From positions 372,001-436,000 of the forward strand of contig JASTWF010000322.1 of NCBI GenBank assembly GCA_030390025.1: a DNA stretch of 64,000 nucleotides, given 5' to 3'. A program made the translations under genes and the position numbers. The notes below the pieces were generated by a model, which saw nothing but the letters and a program-made list of their open reading frames with translations, was not told the origin of the DNA and did no database searches. Shown here piece by piece: positions 9,480 to 21,782 of this stretch (its first letter is position 1; each line of letters starts with the position of its first letter). The stretch is from Squalus acanthias. Lineage: Eukaryota.

Positions 9480-11640
9480 GAGGGGAATTAGGAGCTGATA
9501 CCAGCAGAGGCTGTGCTGGGAATTGGGAGCTGATCCTTGCAGTGCTAGTGGTGGGTGGGAATATAGATCCCAGCATGGTCTGTGCTGGGAATAGGAGAGG
9601 AATCCAGCAGAAAAAGTGATGAGAGGAAATATAGGTCCTAGCAGTGGCTGTGCTGGGAATTAGGAGTTGATCCCAGCAGAGCTACTGGTAGGAGGGAATA
9701 TAGATTCCAGCAGGGTCTGTGCTGGGAATATGAGAAGAACCCAGCAGAGCGAGTGGTGGGAGGGAATATAGATCCCAGCAATGTTTGTGCTGGGAATAGG
9801 AGCAGAATCCCGCAGAGCTGGTGGTGGGAGGAAATATAGATCCCAGCAGTGTTTGTGCTGGGAATAGGAGCAGAATCCAGCAGAGAAAGTGATGAGAGGA
9901 AATATATATTCCAGCAGGGGCTGTGCTGGGAATAGGAGCAGAACCCTGCAGAGCTAGGGGTGGGAGGAAATATAGATCCCAGCAGGGGCTGTGCCTGGAA
10001 TTAGGAGTTGATCCCAGCAGAGGCTGTGCTGGGAATTGGGAGCTGATCCCTCCAGTGCTAGTGCTGGGAGGGAATATAGATCCCAGCATGGTCTGTGCTG
10101 GGAATAGGAGCAGAATCCAGCAGAGCTAGTGGTGAGAGGGAATATAGATCCCAGCATGATCTGTGCTGGGAATTGGGAGCTGATCCCAGCAGAGCTAGTG
10201 GTGGGAGGATATATGGATCCCAGCATGGTCTGTGCTGGGAATAGGAGCAGAATACAGCAGAGCTATTGGTGGGAGGGAATATGGATCCCAGCATGGTCTG
10301 TGCTGGGAATAGGAGCAGAATCCAGCAGAGAAAGTGATGAGAGGAAATATAGATCCCAGCAGGGACGGTGCTGGGAATTAGGAGTTCCCTGCAGAGCTAG
10401 GAGTGGGAGGAAATATAGATCCCAGCAGGGGCTGTGCTGGGAATTAGGAGTTGATCCCTGCAGAGCTAGGGGTGGGAGGAAATATAGATCCCAGCAGGGG
10501 CTGTGCTGGGAATTAGGAGTTGATCCCAGCAGAGCTACTGGTAGGAGGGAATATAGATCACAGCAGTGTCTGTGCTGTTAATAGGAGCAGATCCGAGCAC
10601 GGGCTGTGCTGGGAATTAGGATCTGATCCCAGCAGAGGCTGTGCTGGGAATTGGGAGCTGATCCCTGCAGTGCTAGTGCTGGGAGGGAATATAGATCCCA
10701 GCATGGTCTGTACTGGGAAGAGGATCAGAATCCAGCAGAGCTAGTGGTGGGAGCAAATATAGATCCCAGCATGATCTGTGCTGGGAATTGGGAGCTGATC
10801 CCAGCAGAGCTAGTGGTGAGAGGGAATATGGATCCCAGCATGGTCTGTGCTGCGAATAGGAGCAGAATCCAGCAGAGCTAGTGGTGGGAGGGAATATAGA
10901 TCCCAGCAGTGTTTGTGCTGGGAATAGGAGCAGAATCCAGCAGAGAAAGTGATGAGAGGAAATATAGATCCCAGCAGGGGCTGTGCTGAGAATTAGGAGT
11001 TGATCCCAGCAGAGCTACTGGTAGGAGGGAATATAGATCCCAGCAGCATCTGTGCTGCGAATAGGAGCACATCCCAGCAGGGGCTGTGCTGGGAATTAGG
11101 ATCTGATCCCAGCAGAGGCTGTGCTGGGAATTGGGAGCTGATCCCTGCAGTGCTAGTGCTGGGAGGGAATGTGGATCCCAGCATGGACTGTGCTGGGAAA
11201 AGGAGAAGAACCCAGCAGAGCTAGTGGTGGGAGCAAATACAGATCCCAGCATGATCTGTGTGCTGGGACTAGGAGCAGAATCCAGCAGAGCATGTGGTGG
11301 GAGGGAATATAGATCCCAGCAGTGTTTGTGCTGGGAATAGGAGCAGAATCCAGCAGAGAAAGTGATGAGAGGAAATATAGATCCCAGCAGGGGCTGTGCT
11401 GGGAATAGGAGCAGAACCCTGCAGAGCTAGGGGCTGTGATGGGAATTAGGAGTTGATCCCAGCAGAGCTACTGGTAGGAGGGAATATAGATTCCAGCAGG
11501 GTCTGTGCTGGGAATTAGGATCCAATCCCAGCAGGGGCTGTGCTGGGAATTAGGATCTGATCGCTGGGAGTAAATACAGACCCCAGCAGGGGCTCTGCTG
11601 GGAATAGGAGATTGTCCCAGCAGGGGCTCTGCTTAGAATG
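9480..11640. repeat. Complex degenerate minisatellite built from TGCTGGGAAT and ATCCCAGCA modules
   Basis: Recurrent GCTGTGCTGGGAATTAGGAG, GATCCCAGCAG and GGAATATAGATCCCAGCA modules in variable order. Confidence 0.9.
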
Positions 11641-11654
11641 AAAAGCCCTTTCCG

Positions 11655-13048
11655 CATAGCCCTGTATCAATCCCCAAACTAATCCCACTGCCCTGCTCTC
11701 TCCCCATAGTCCTGTATCAATCCCCAAACTAATCCCACTGCCCCGCTCTCTCCCCATAGCCCTGTATCAATCCCCAAACTAATCCCACTGCCCCGCTCTC
11801 TCCCCATAGCCCTGTATCAATCCCCAAACTAATCCCACTGCCCCGCTCTCCCCCATAGCCCTGTATCAATCTCCAAACTAATCCCACTGACCCGCTCTCT
11901 CCCCATAGCCCTGTATCAATCCCCAAACTAATCCCACTGCCCCGCTCTCTCCCCATAGCCCTGTATCAATCCCCAAACTAATCCCACTGCCCCGCTCTCT
12001 CCCCATAGCCCTGTATCAATCCCAAACTAATCCCACTGCCCCGCTCTCTCCCCCATAGCCCTGTATCAATCCCCAAACTAATCCCACTGCCCCGCTCACT
12101 CCCCATAGCCCTGTATCAATCCCCAAACTAATCGCACTGCCCCGCTCTCTCCCCATAGCTCTGTATCAATCCCCAAACTAATCCCACTGCCCCGCTCTCT
12201 CCCCATAGCCCTGTATCAATCCCCAAACTAATCCCACTGCTCCGCTCTCCCCATCGCCCTGTATCAATCCCCAAACTAATCCCACTGCCCTGCTCTCTCC
12301 CCATAGTCCTGTATCAATCCCCAAACTAATCCCACTGCCCCGCTCTCTCCCCATAGCCCTGTATCAATCCCCAAACTAATCCCACTGCCCCGCTCTCTCC
12401 CCATAGCCCTGTATCAATCTCCAAACTAATCCCACTGACCCGCTCTCTCCCCATAGCCCTGTATCAATCCCCAAACTAATCCCACTGCCCCGCTCTCTCC
12501 CCATAGCCCTGTATCAATCCCCAAACTAATCCCACTGCCCCGCTCTCTCCCCATAGCCCTGTATCAATCCCCAAACTAATCCCACTGCCCCGCTCTCTCC
12601 CCATAGCCCTGTATCAATCCCAAACTAATCCCACTGCCCCGCTCTCTCCCCCATAGCCCTGTATCAATCCCCAAACTAATCCCACTGCCCCGCTCACTCC
12701 CCATAGCCCTGTATCAATCCCCAAACTAATCGCACTGCCCCGCTCTCTCCCCATAGCTCTGTATCAATCCCCAAACTAATCCCACTGCCCCGCTCTCTCC
12801 CCATAGCCCTGTATCAATCCCCAAACTAATCCCACTGCTCCGCTCTCCCCATCGCCCTGTATCAATCCCCAAACTAATCCCACTGCCCCGCTCTCTCCCC
12901 ATAGCCCTGTATCAATCCCCAAACTAATCCCACTGCTCCGCTCTCCCCATCGCCCTGTATCAATCCCCAAACTAATCCCACTGCCCCGCTCTCTCCCCAT
13001 AGCTCTGTATCAATCCCCAAACTAATCCCACTGCCCCGCTCTCTCCCC
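11655..13048 (-). repeat. 50-bp tandem array derived from the CR1 ORF2 C-terminus (about 28 copies)
   Basis: Unit CCATAGCCCTGTATCAATCCCCAAACTAATCCCACTGCCCCGCTCTCTCC; the minus strand encodes IQGYGERAGQWD*, as in CR1 ends. Confidence 0.9.
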
Positions 13049-13059
13049 AGGGAATATGA

Positions 13060-13237
13060 GCTGCCAAAGAAGCCTTGGCGAGTTGCTGCAGTGCATCTTG
13101 TAGATGGTGCACACTGCAGCTACGGTGCGCCGGTGGTGGAGGGAGTGAATGTTTAAGGTTGTGGATGGGGTGCCGATCAAGCAGGGCTGCTTTGTCCCAG
13201 ACGGTGTCGAGCTTCTCGAGTGTTGTTGGAGCTGCAA
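13060..13237 (-). mobile_element. Non-LTR retrotransposon ORF2 C-terminal fragment (clade uncertain)
   Basis: IHSLHHRRTVAAVCTIYKMHCSNSPRLL resembles the L..RR......YK post-RT motif. Confidence 0.6.
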
Positions 13238-13304
13238 CTGAAGCAATAGGTCGGATTTTCAAAAGGCACCTATAACTTCAGTTAGACAAACTGAATAAAG
13301 TGAA

Positions 13305-13732
13305 GGTATTAAGGGACATGGGCCAAAGGCGGGTGGATGGAGTTGAGGTCGTAGATCAGCCGTGATCTCATTGAAAGGCAGAGCAGGCTCGAGGGGGCTG
13401 AATGGGCCGCCTCCTGTTCCTGTGTAACAGGCTCGAGGGGCTGAATGGGCCTCCTCCTATTCCTGTATAAACAGGCTCGAGGGGCTCAATAGGCCTCCTC
13501 CTGTTCCTGTGTAACAGGCTCGAGGGGGCTGAATGGGCCTCCTCCTGTTCCTGTGTAACAGGCTCGAGGGGGCTGAATGGGCCTCCTCCTGTTCCTGTGT
13601 AACAGGCTCGAGGGGCTGAATGGGCCTCCTCCTGTTCCTGTGTAACAGGCCCGAGGGGCTGAATGGGCCTCCTCCTGTTCCTGTGTAACAGGCCCGAGGG
13701 GCTGAATGGGCCTCCTCCTGTCCCTATTTTCC
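13305..13732 (+). repeat. CR1 3' UTR with 43-44 bp tandem array
   Basis: About 8 copies of the AACAGGCTCGAGGGGCTGAATGG... unit. Confidence 0.9.
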
Positions 13733-14044
13733 TAAGACTCAAAGAAACGATGTGAGGTAAAATATGGTGATAAGAGACTACGGACCAAGAGCTGGAAAGT
13801 GGGATTAGGCCGGATGGCTCTTTCTCGGCCTGATGGGCCCAATGGCCTCCTTCTGTGCTGTTAAATATTCTATGGGGGAATAATTGGGTGGACTCCCCGA
13901 TAAAGTTAGCGCCCCCCCTCCTGATTGAAGGGGTGGGGCCTAGCGCCGCGCGCAACGCGGCCGTGCTGGACCACCGGGGAGCGGGGTTGCCGTGAAAACA
14001 GCCCGGCACGCAAGAGGAACGATCATGGCCGGCTGCCCGAAGAA

Positions 14045-14612
14045 AAACATAACCAGAACATAAGAAATAGGAGCAGGAGTCGGCCATTCGGCCCCTCGAG
14101 CCTGCTCCGCCATTCTATGAGATCGTGGCTGATCTGATCTTGGCCTCAACTCCACTTCCCTGCCCGCTCCCCGTAACCCTTGACTCCCTTATCGTTCAAC
14201 AATCTGTCAATCTCCGCCTGGACTATATTCAATGACTCCGCCTCCACAGCTCTCTGGGGTAGAGAATTCCACAGATTCACGACCCTCTGGGAGAAGAAAT
14301 TCCTCCTCATTTCCCATTTAAATGGGTGCCCCCTTATTCTGAAATTACGCCCCCTAGTTCTAGATTCACCCACGAGGGGAAACATCCTCCCTGCATCTAC
14401 CCTGTCAAACCCCTTCAGAATCTTATATGTTTCAATGAGATCTCCTCTCATTCTTCTAAACTCCAATGAGTATAGGCCCAACCTGCTCAACCTTTCCTCA
14501 TAAGTCAACCCCCTCATCTCTGGAATCAACCTAGTGAATCGTCTCTGAACTGCCTCCAATGCAAGTATATCCTTCCTTAAATAAGGAGACCAAAACTGTA
14601 TGCAGTACTCCA
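14045..14612 (-). mobile_element. CR1-type LINE 3' fragment
   Basis: [31 protein letters not shown]...GYGERAGKWS plus tail. Confidence 0.92.
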
Positions 14613-14627
14613 AAAGGGAAAGTGGGG

Positions 14628-15657
14628 TCCATATAACTTGGTTAGACCACACTTGGAGCACTGTGCACAGTTCTGGTCTCCATATACCTTGGTTAGACCA
14701 CACTTGGAGCACTGTGCACAGTTCTGGTCTCCATATACCTTGGTTAGACCACACTTGGGAGCACTTTGCACAGTTCTGGTCTCCATATACCTTGGTTAGA
14801 CCACACTTGGAGCACTGTGCACAGTTCTGGTCTCCATATACCTTGGTTAGACCACACTTGGAGCACTGTGCACAGTCCTGGTCTCCATATACCTTGGTTA
14901 GACCACACTTGGAGCACTGTGCACAGTCCTGGTCTCCATATCCCTTGGTTAGACCACACTTGGAGCACTGTGCACAGTTCTGGTCTCCATATACCTTGGT
15001 TAGACCACACTTGGAGCACTGTGCACAGTCCTGGTCTCCATATTCCTTGGTTAGACCACACTTGGAGCACTGTGCACAGTTCTGGTCTCCATATACCTTG
15101 GTTAGACCACACTTGGAGCACTGTGCACAGTTCTGGTCTCCATATACCTTGGTTAGACCACACTTGGGAGCACTTTGCACAGTTCTGGTCTCCATATACC
15201 TTGGTTAGACCACACTTGGAGCACTGTGCACAGTTCTGGTCTCCATATACCTTGGTTAGACCACACTTGGAGCACTGTGCACAGTCCTGGTCTCCATATA
15301 CCTTGGTTAGACCACACTTGGAGCACTGTGCACAGTCCTGGTCTCCATATCCCTTGGTTAGACCACACTTGGAGCACTGTGCACAGTTCTGGTCTCCATA
15401 TACCTTGGTTAGACCACACTTGGAGCACTGTGCACAGTCCTGGTCTCCATATTCCTTGGTTAGACCACACTTGGAGCACTGTGCACAGTTCTGGTCTCCA
15501 TATACCTTGGTTAGACCACACTTGGAGCACTGTGCACAGTTCTGGTCTCCATATACCTTGGTTAGACCACACTTGGAGCACTGTGCACAGTTCTGGTCTC
15601 CATATACCTTGGTTAGACCACACTTGGAGCACTGTGCACAGTTCTGGTCTCCATATT
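14628..15657 (+). repeat. 51-bp tandem array from CR1 ORF2 (about 20 copies)
   Basis: Unit ACCTTGGTTAGACCACACTTGGAGCACTGTGCACAGTTCTGGTCTCCATAT encodes [17 protein letters not shown] and runs into normal CR1 sequence. Confidence 0.92.
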
Positions 15658-17310
15658 ATAAAAAGGATATCGAGGCACTGGAGAAGGTGCAGAGAAGATT
15701 GACAAGGATGATCCCAGAACTGAGAGGTTACAACTGTCAGGAAAGGATGAACAGGCTGGGGCTCTTTTCTCTGGAAAAGAGAAGACTGAGGGGCGACCTG
15801 ATCGAGGTCTTTAAGATTATGAAAGGGTTTCGATAGGGTAGACGTAGAGAAGATGTTTCCACTTGTGGGAGATACCAGAACTAGGGGCCGTCAATATAAG
15901 ACAGTCACTAATAAATCCAATCAGGAATTCAGGAGAAACTTCTTTACCCAGAGAGTGGCGAGAATGTGGAACTCGCTCCCACAGGGAGTGGTTGAGGCGA
16001 ATAGCGTTGATGCATTTAAGGGGAAGCTGGATAAACACATGAGGGAGAAAGGAATAGAAGGATATCTAATTGAATTTTTTGATGAAGTAACAGGGATTAT
16101 CGATGAAGGGAATGCAGTGGATGTTGTCGACATGGATTTTCGGAAGGCGTTTGTCAAAGTACCACATAGAAGGCTGGTTAACAAAATTGAGGCTCATGGA
16201 ATAGATGGCAGCTTGGATAAGGAATTGGCTTAAAGACAGAAAACAGCGATTTTGTGGTAAATGGCTGTTTTTCAGACAGGAGGATGGTAGACAGTGGTGT
16301 TCCCCAAGGGTCAGTGCTGGGGCCACTGCTTTTTTTGATATATATATATCAATGACCTGGATATTGGAATACAGAGTAGAATTTCTAAATTTGCCGATGA
16401 CACCAAACTTGGGGCTGTGGCAAACAGTGATGATGATACCAATCGACTGCAACAGGACATAGAAAGGCTAGCAGAATGGGCAGACAAGTGGCAGATGGAG
16501 TTTAATACAGATAAGTGTGAGGTGAGGCATTTTGGCAGAAGGAACAGGGAGAGGCAATATACACTTAATGGCACAGTTTTCAAGAGTGTGCAGGGACAGA
16601 GGGACCTGGGAGTTAATGTGCATCGGTCCCCTGAAGGTGGCAGGGCACATTGAGAGAGTGGTTAGCAAAGCATATGGGATCTTGGGCTTCATAAATAGAG
16701 GGATTGAGCACAAAAGTAGAGAAGTTATGCTGAACCTTTATAAAGCGCTGGTTAGGCCACAACTGGAGTATTGCGTCCAGTTCTGGTCACCACACTTTAG
16801 GAAGGATGTGAAGGCCCTTGAGAGGGTGCAGAGGAGATTTACCAGAATGGTTCCGGGGATGGGGGATCTTAGCTACAAGGACAGGTTGGAGAAGCTGGAT
16901 TTGTTTTCATTAGAGCAAAGGAGGTTTGAGGGGTGATTTGATAGAGGTGTACAAGATTATGACGGGTTTGGATAGGCTAGACGGGGAAAGGCTGTTCCCA
17001 CTAGTTGATGGTACAAGGACTAGGGGACACGGATTTAAGGTTTCGGGCAAGAGATACAGGGGGGATGTGAGGAAAATCTTTTTTACGCAGCGAGTGGTGA
17101 GGACCTGGAACTCGCTGCCGACGGAAGTGGTGGAAGCGGAGACACTCGATGTTTTCAAGGGGAGACTGGATAGGCACTTGAGGGAAATAAACTTGCAGGG
17201 CTACGGGGATAGAGCGGGGGGAATGGGACTGACTGGATTGCTCTACAGAGAGCCGGCACAGACTCGATGGGCCGAATGGCCTCCTTCTGTGCCGTTATGA
17301 CGCTATGACA
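15658..17310 (+). mobile_element. Consecutive CR1-type LINE fragments (RT domain to 3' tail)
   Basis: DFRKAFVKVPH, frameshifted [40 protein letters not shown]. Confidence 0.9.
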
Positions 17311-17398
17311 TTACTCGCACCTCATTCCATGCAGCCTCACTGGAGGCAGTCTGATCCTCCTTTAGAATTTGATTCATCTTTTTAGCATGGGATTCTAA

Positions 17399-18483
17399 GG
17401 GGGAGAAATTCAGTATCGCCCCATTTGGGGCGCAATTATCGGCCGGGCGCAAAGATTAGCGCCTGGCGCTAATTATCGCCCACGACTGCAAACTTGGCTT
17501 CTATTGCCCCTGGAGGTGATTGGAGCACTAAATCAGGCGCTTCACACCTGTCTTAAGGCGCAAAGGCCGAGGAGCGAGGCGCTACCTCTATGGGGGGAAA
17601 ATTCAGTTGGTTTGCGCCTCCCTTTAGCGCCTTAAGAGGGCGCTAATGGGGCGCAAAGCAACGAGCGCCCGGGCGCGGCGATGTTTGCGGCACTCACGAA
17701 ATTAACTCAACATTTTGCGGCGGCGCTAAACACTACCGCCGCGATCTCCTGCGCCGGCGATAGTGACGTCAGTCGAGTGCGCAACGCCCCGGTATCGCCC
17801 CGGACCGGATATTGAGTGGCGCACCCTGTTTTACCGCCTGACGCTATCAACGACAGGTTGAGGGGAGCGTTTTGCAGTCGGGAAGGGACTGGGGGAGCGC
17901 TATTTAAAGGTGACCGCTTCCTGCCTTTTATTGTTGGTGCCATTTTTGAACCACGCATTCTGAGAGAGAGAGAGAGCGACTTCTGGAGAGATTCAACGCT
18001 GTGTGAAGGAGTTTTCGGTACTGAGCAGCACTTTACAGGTTCATTTTGATTTGCCATTCCTTGTATCGATTTAGAAGAGACTGTGGGGACTGCACTCTGA
18101 GCTCTTTCCCTGGGCCTCTCCATTGTTCTTTCCAGCAGATTTGATGTACAGGTCTCTCCAGGCCGAGATTCAAGGCTGCAATGAGCAGGATGTGGATGGA
18201 AAGCAAGATCGACCCTCCCCTTTAAGAACTGGCCGGGGCCATTGTGTGTGTGTTCCATTGCTGACTGACATCACATGAGCTTCGCCAGCGCTCTGAGGTA
18301 GCGCCTCGCTCCTCGGCCTTTGCACCTTAAGACAGGTGTGAAGCGCCTGATTTAGCGCTCCAATCACCTCCAGGGGCGATAAAAGTCAAGTTTGCAGTCG
18401 GAGGCGATAATTAGCGCCAGGCGCTAATCTTTCGCCTGGCCGATAATTGCGCCCCAAATGGGACGATACTGAATTTTTCCCCC
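17399..18483. mobile_element. Foldback / Harbinger-like non-autonomous DNA transposon with about 190-bp inverted arms
   Basis: 17399-17588 (GGGGGAGAAATTCAGTATCG...GCTACCTC) is the near-perfect reverse complement of 18295-18483 (GAGGTAGC...CGATACTGAATTTTTCCCCC). A second terminus GGGGGGAAAATTCAG lies at 17592. Confidence 0.8.
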
Positions 18484-18794
18484 TATGACTCTGTGATGTG
18501 GTGATGGGGTGAGATGAAGGGGGGTGGGAGGAGGCCCGTGTGGAGCAGAAACACCGGCATGGAGCAGCTGGGCTGGGACGACATCGCTGTGTTTAGCTTG
18601 TGGGTGGAGTGATCAGCTTGAGTCAGTCGAGCTCCCCCGCCCGAGGAACACGTGGGGAAGGCAGGGCCACGAGACATCTGCCTCAGATCCAAGCAGTGTA
18701 AACAGACCCACGCCATTGCCAAACACAGGCCCCAACCGCAGGCCAGAGCAGACACCCAGCCCAGTAAACGACACACAAGCTCCCTTTCGAAAGA

Positions 18795-19980
18795 GAGACT
18801 TGCATCTAAATAGTGCCTTTCGTGTATCCCAGAACATCCCAAAGGACCTCACAACTCACAACCAACAAATCGAAGTGTAGTCACTGTTGTATTGTGGGAA
18901 ACGCAGCAGCCAATTTGCGCACAGCAAGCTCCCACAAACAGCAATGTGATAATGACCAGACAATCTGTTTTTTAGTGATGTTGGTTGAGGGATAAATATT
19001 GGGCCCCAGGACACCGGGGAGAACTCCCCCCTGCTCTTCTTCCAATACAGGCCGTGGGATCTTTTACCTCCACCCGAGAGGGCAGACGGGCCCTCAGTTT
19101 AACGTCTCATCCAAATACGGTACCTCTGACAGTGCAGCACTCCCTCAGTACTGGCACCGGGGAGTTTGGGCCTGGATTATGGGGCTCGAGTCCTAGAGTA
19201 TTTACATCTACCTCCGACAGTGCAGCGCTCCCTCAGTACTGGCACCGGGGAGTGTGGGCCTGGATTATGGGGCTCGAGTCCTAGAGTATTTACATCTACC
19301 TCCGACAGTGCAGCGCTCCCTCAGTACTGGCACCGGGGAGTTTGGGCCTGGATTATGGGGCTCGAGTCCTAGAGTATTTACATCTACCTCCGACAGTGCA
19401 GCGCTCCCTCAGTACTGGCACCGGGGAGTTTGGGCCTGGATTATGGGGCTCGAGTCCTAGAGTATATACATCTACCTCCGACAGTGCAGCGCTCCCTCAG
19501 TACTGGCACCGGGGAGTTTGGGCCTGGATTATGGGGCTCGAGTCCTAGAGTATTTACATCTACCTCCGACAGTGCAGCGCTCCCTCAGTACTGGCACCGG
19601 GGAGTGTGGGCCTGGATTATGGGGCTCGAGTCCGAGAGTATATACATCTACCTCCGACAGCGCAGCGCTCCCTCAGTACTGGCACCGGGGAGTGTGGGCC
19701 TGGATTATGGGGCTCGAGTCCTCGAGTATTTACATCTACCTCCGACAGTGCAGCACTCCCTCAGTACTAGCACCGGGGAGTGTGGGCCTGGATTATGGGG
19801 CTCGAGTCCTAGAGTATATACATCTACCTCCGACAGTGCCGCACTCCCTCAGTACTGGCACCGGGGAGTGTGGGCCTGGATTATGGGGCTCGAGTCTCTG
19901 GAGTGGGGGCTCGAACCCACGACCTTCTGACTCAGAGGCGAGAGAGAGAGAGAGCGCTGCCCACTGAGCCACAGCTGACA
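18795..19980 (-). mobile_element. Near full-length Deu-domain SINE with internal 88-bp array (about 19130-19895)
   Basis: Minus-strand head with A-box TGGCTCAGTGG and B-box GGTTCGAGCC, about 8.5 units, Deu core and tail. Confidence 0.85.
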
Positions 19981-20504
19981 GATCAAGTTGAGCTTGAACG
20001 ACAATCGGGTGATGTCGATCGGCCGCCATTTTTTTTTCCGGGCCTTAATTTCGCTGCAGGAAATTTGGCCTCTCCCGCTCGTTCCCGCTATGCCGAGTCA
20101 TCGGAGGGTAGGGGGACGGGGGGGGGAAATTGGACGCCAATTGATCTCCCCGGCCCCCAACCCCCGAGTTTCCTCGGCCTTTGCGCGGTGCCAATTGGCG
20201 GCCAAAGCAGGAAATTGCGGGCCTGTCCCGGTCAGCCGACCTGGCTTTGCTGTTCGTCTCCCTTCCCCTACGACCCAGGAACGCGGCGCGGCCGCCAGAG
20301 CGGGCTCCTCCCTCTCGGAGTGCCGCCTCTCCTTTCCACTTTACACCTCGGGGTGAGGGGACCCATGTCTGGCCCCCCCCCCCTGCCCCCAGCCCTCCTC
20401 ACCCATCGTCAAGAGGAACGATCGCCACCCCTCATCGGTCAGTGTGGCGGACTCGAACCCAAGCCTCGCGTAGCAGTGCACTTTATATGATACTGAACAT
20501 TTAT

Positions 20505-21035
20505 CTTATCTGAGGAAGGATGTTCTTGCCATGGAGGGAGTGCGGCGAAGATTCACCAGGCTGATACCTGGGATGGCAGGAATGACGTATGAGGAGAGAT
20601 TGGGTCGATTGGGCTTATACTCACTGGAGTTTAGAAGAATGAGAGGGGATCTCATTGAAACTTATAAAATTCTGACAGGTCTGGACAAACTAGATGCAGG
20701 AAGGATGTTCCCGATGGCGGGGGAGTCCAGAACCAGGGGTCACAGTCTAAGGATAAGGGGTAAGCCATTTAGGACTGAGATGAGGAAGAATTTCTTCACC
20801 CAGAGAGTGGTGAACCTGTGGAATTCTCTACCACAGAAGGCAGTTGAGGCCAATTCATTAAATATATTCAAGAAGGAGTTGGATATATTTCTTAAGGCTA
20901 AAGGGATCAAGGGATATGAGGAGAAAGCAGGGACAGGGTACTGAATTTGGATGATCAGCCATGACATGATCTCATCGAATGGCGGAGCAGGCTCGAGGGG
21001 CCGAATGGCCTACTCCTGCTCCTATCTTCTATGTT
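20505..21035 (+). mobile_element. CR1-type LINE 3' fragment
   Basis: MEGVRRRFTRLIPGMAG...GYEEKAGTGY plus tail. Confidence 0.92.
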
Positions 21036-21049
21036 ACTATATTTGCTTT

Positions 21050-21778
21050 CATAAAAACAGGAGAAATAGGAGCAGGAGTGGGCCATTCGACTCCTCGAGC
21101 CTGCTCCACCATTCAATAAGAATGACATGAATCTTGTCATTCATGTATGAAGTAATACTTTGCGGCCTGCTGGTGGCGCTGTCCTGGGAGAGTATAAATA
21201 CTCGGGCATGGGCCCAGCTTACTTAGGACATTCTTCAACAGGAACTAGTCAAGGACACAACTAGCTCTCCATGTTGAAAAACAGTTGATTAAAGCTTTGT
21301 TTAACGCTTAGACCAGGTGCCTAGTAGTTTTCTAACGTCAAAGATCGTGGCTGATCTTCGACCTCAACTCCACTTTCCCGCCAGATCCCCATATCCCTTG
21401 ATTCCCCTAGAGTCCAAAAATCTCTCGATCTCTGTCTTGAATATACTCAACGACTGAGCCTCCACAGCCCTCTGGGGTAGAGAATTCCAAAGATTCACCA
21501 CCCTCTGAGTGAAGAAATACCTCCTCATCTCAGTCCTAAATGGCCGACCCCTTATCCTGAGACTGTGACCCCTGGTTCTAGACTCTTCAGCCAGGGGAAA
21601 CAGCCTCTCAGCATCTACCCTGTCTAGCCCTGTAAGAATTTTGTGTGTTTCAATGAGATCACCTCTCATTCTTCTAATCTCTAGAGAATATCGGCCTAGT
21701 CTACTCAATCTCTCCTCATAGGACAATCTCCCCATCGCAGGAATCAGTCTGGTGAACCTTCGTTGCACTCCCTCTATG
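21050..21778 (-). mobile_element. CR1-type LINE 3' fragment (interrupted by the solo LTR)
   Basis: IEGVQRRFTRLIP...GYGDLAGKWS. Confidence 0.9.
21123..21340 (+). mobile_element. Solo LTR (218 bp) inserted in a CR1 3' UTR
   Basis: TGAC...GTCA termini; flanks AAGAA and AAGAT (5-bp TSD, one mismatch); TATAAATA at 21193; ATTAAA at 21288. Removing it restores CR1 CCATTCAATAAGATCGTGGCTGATC. Confidence 0.75.
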
Positions 21779-21782
21779 ACAA

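Noticed and set aside
17707..18258. 183-aa ORF as a transposase of the foldback element
   Set aside because: No DDE or Myb-like motifs recognisable; too short.
19900..19980. A-box/B-box sequence as a tRNA gene
   Set aside because: It is the tRNA-derived head of a SINE, contiguous with the SINE body and interrupted by a (GA)n run.
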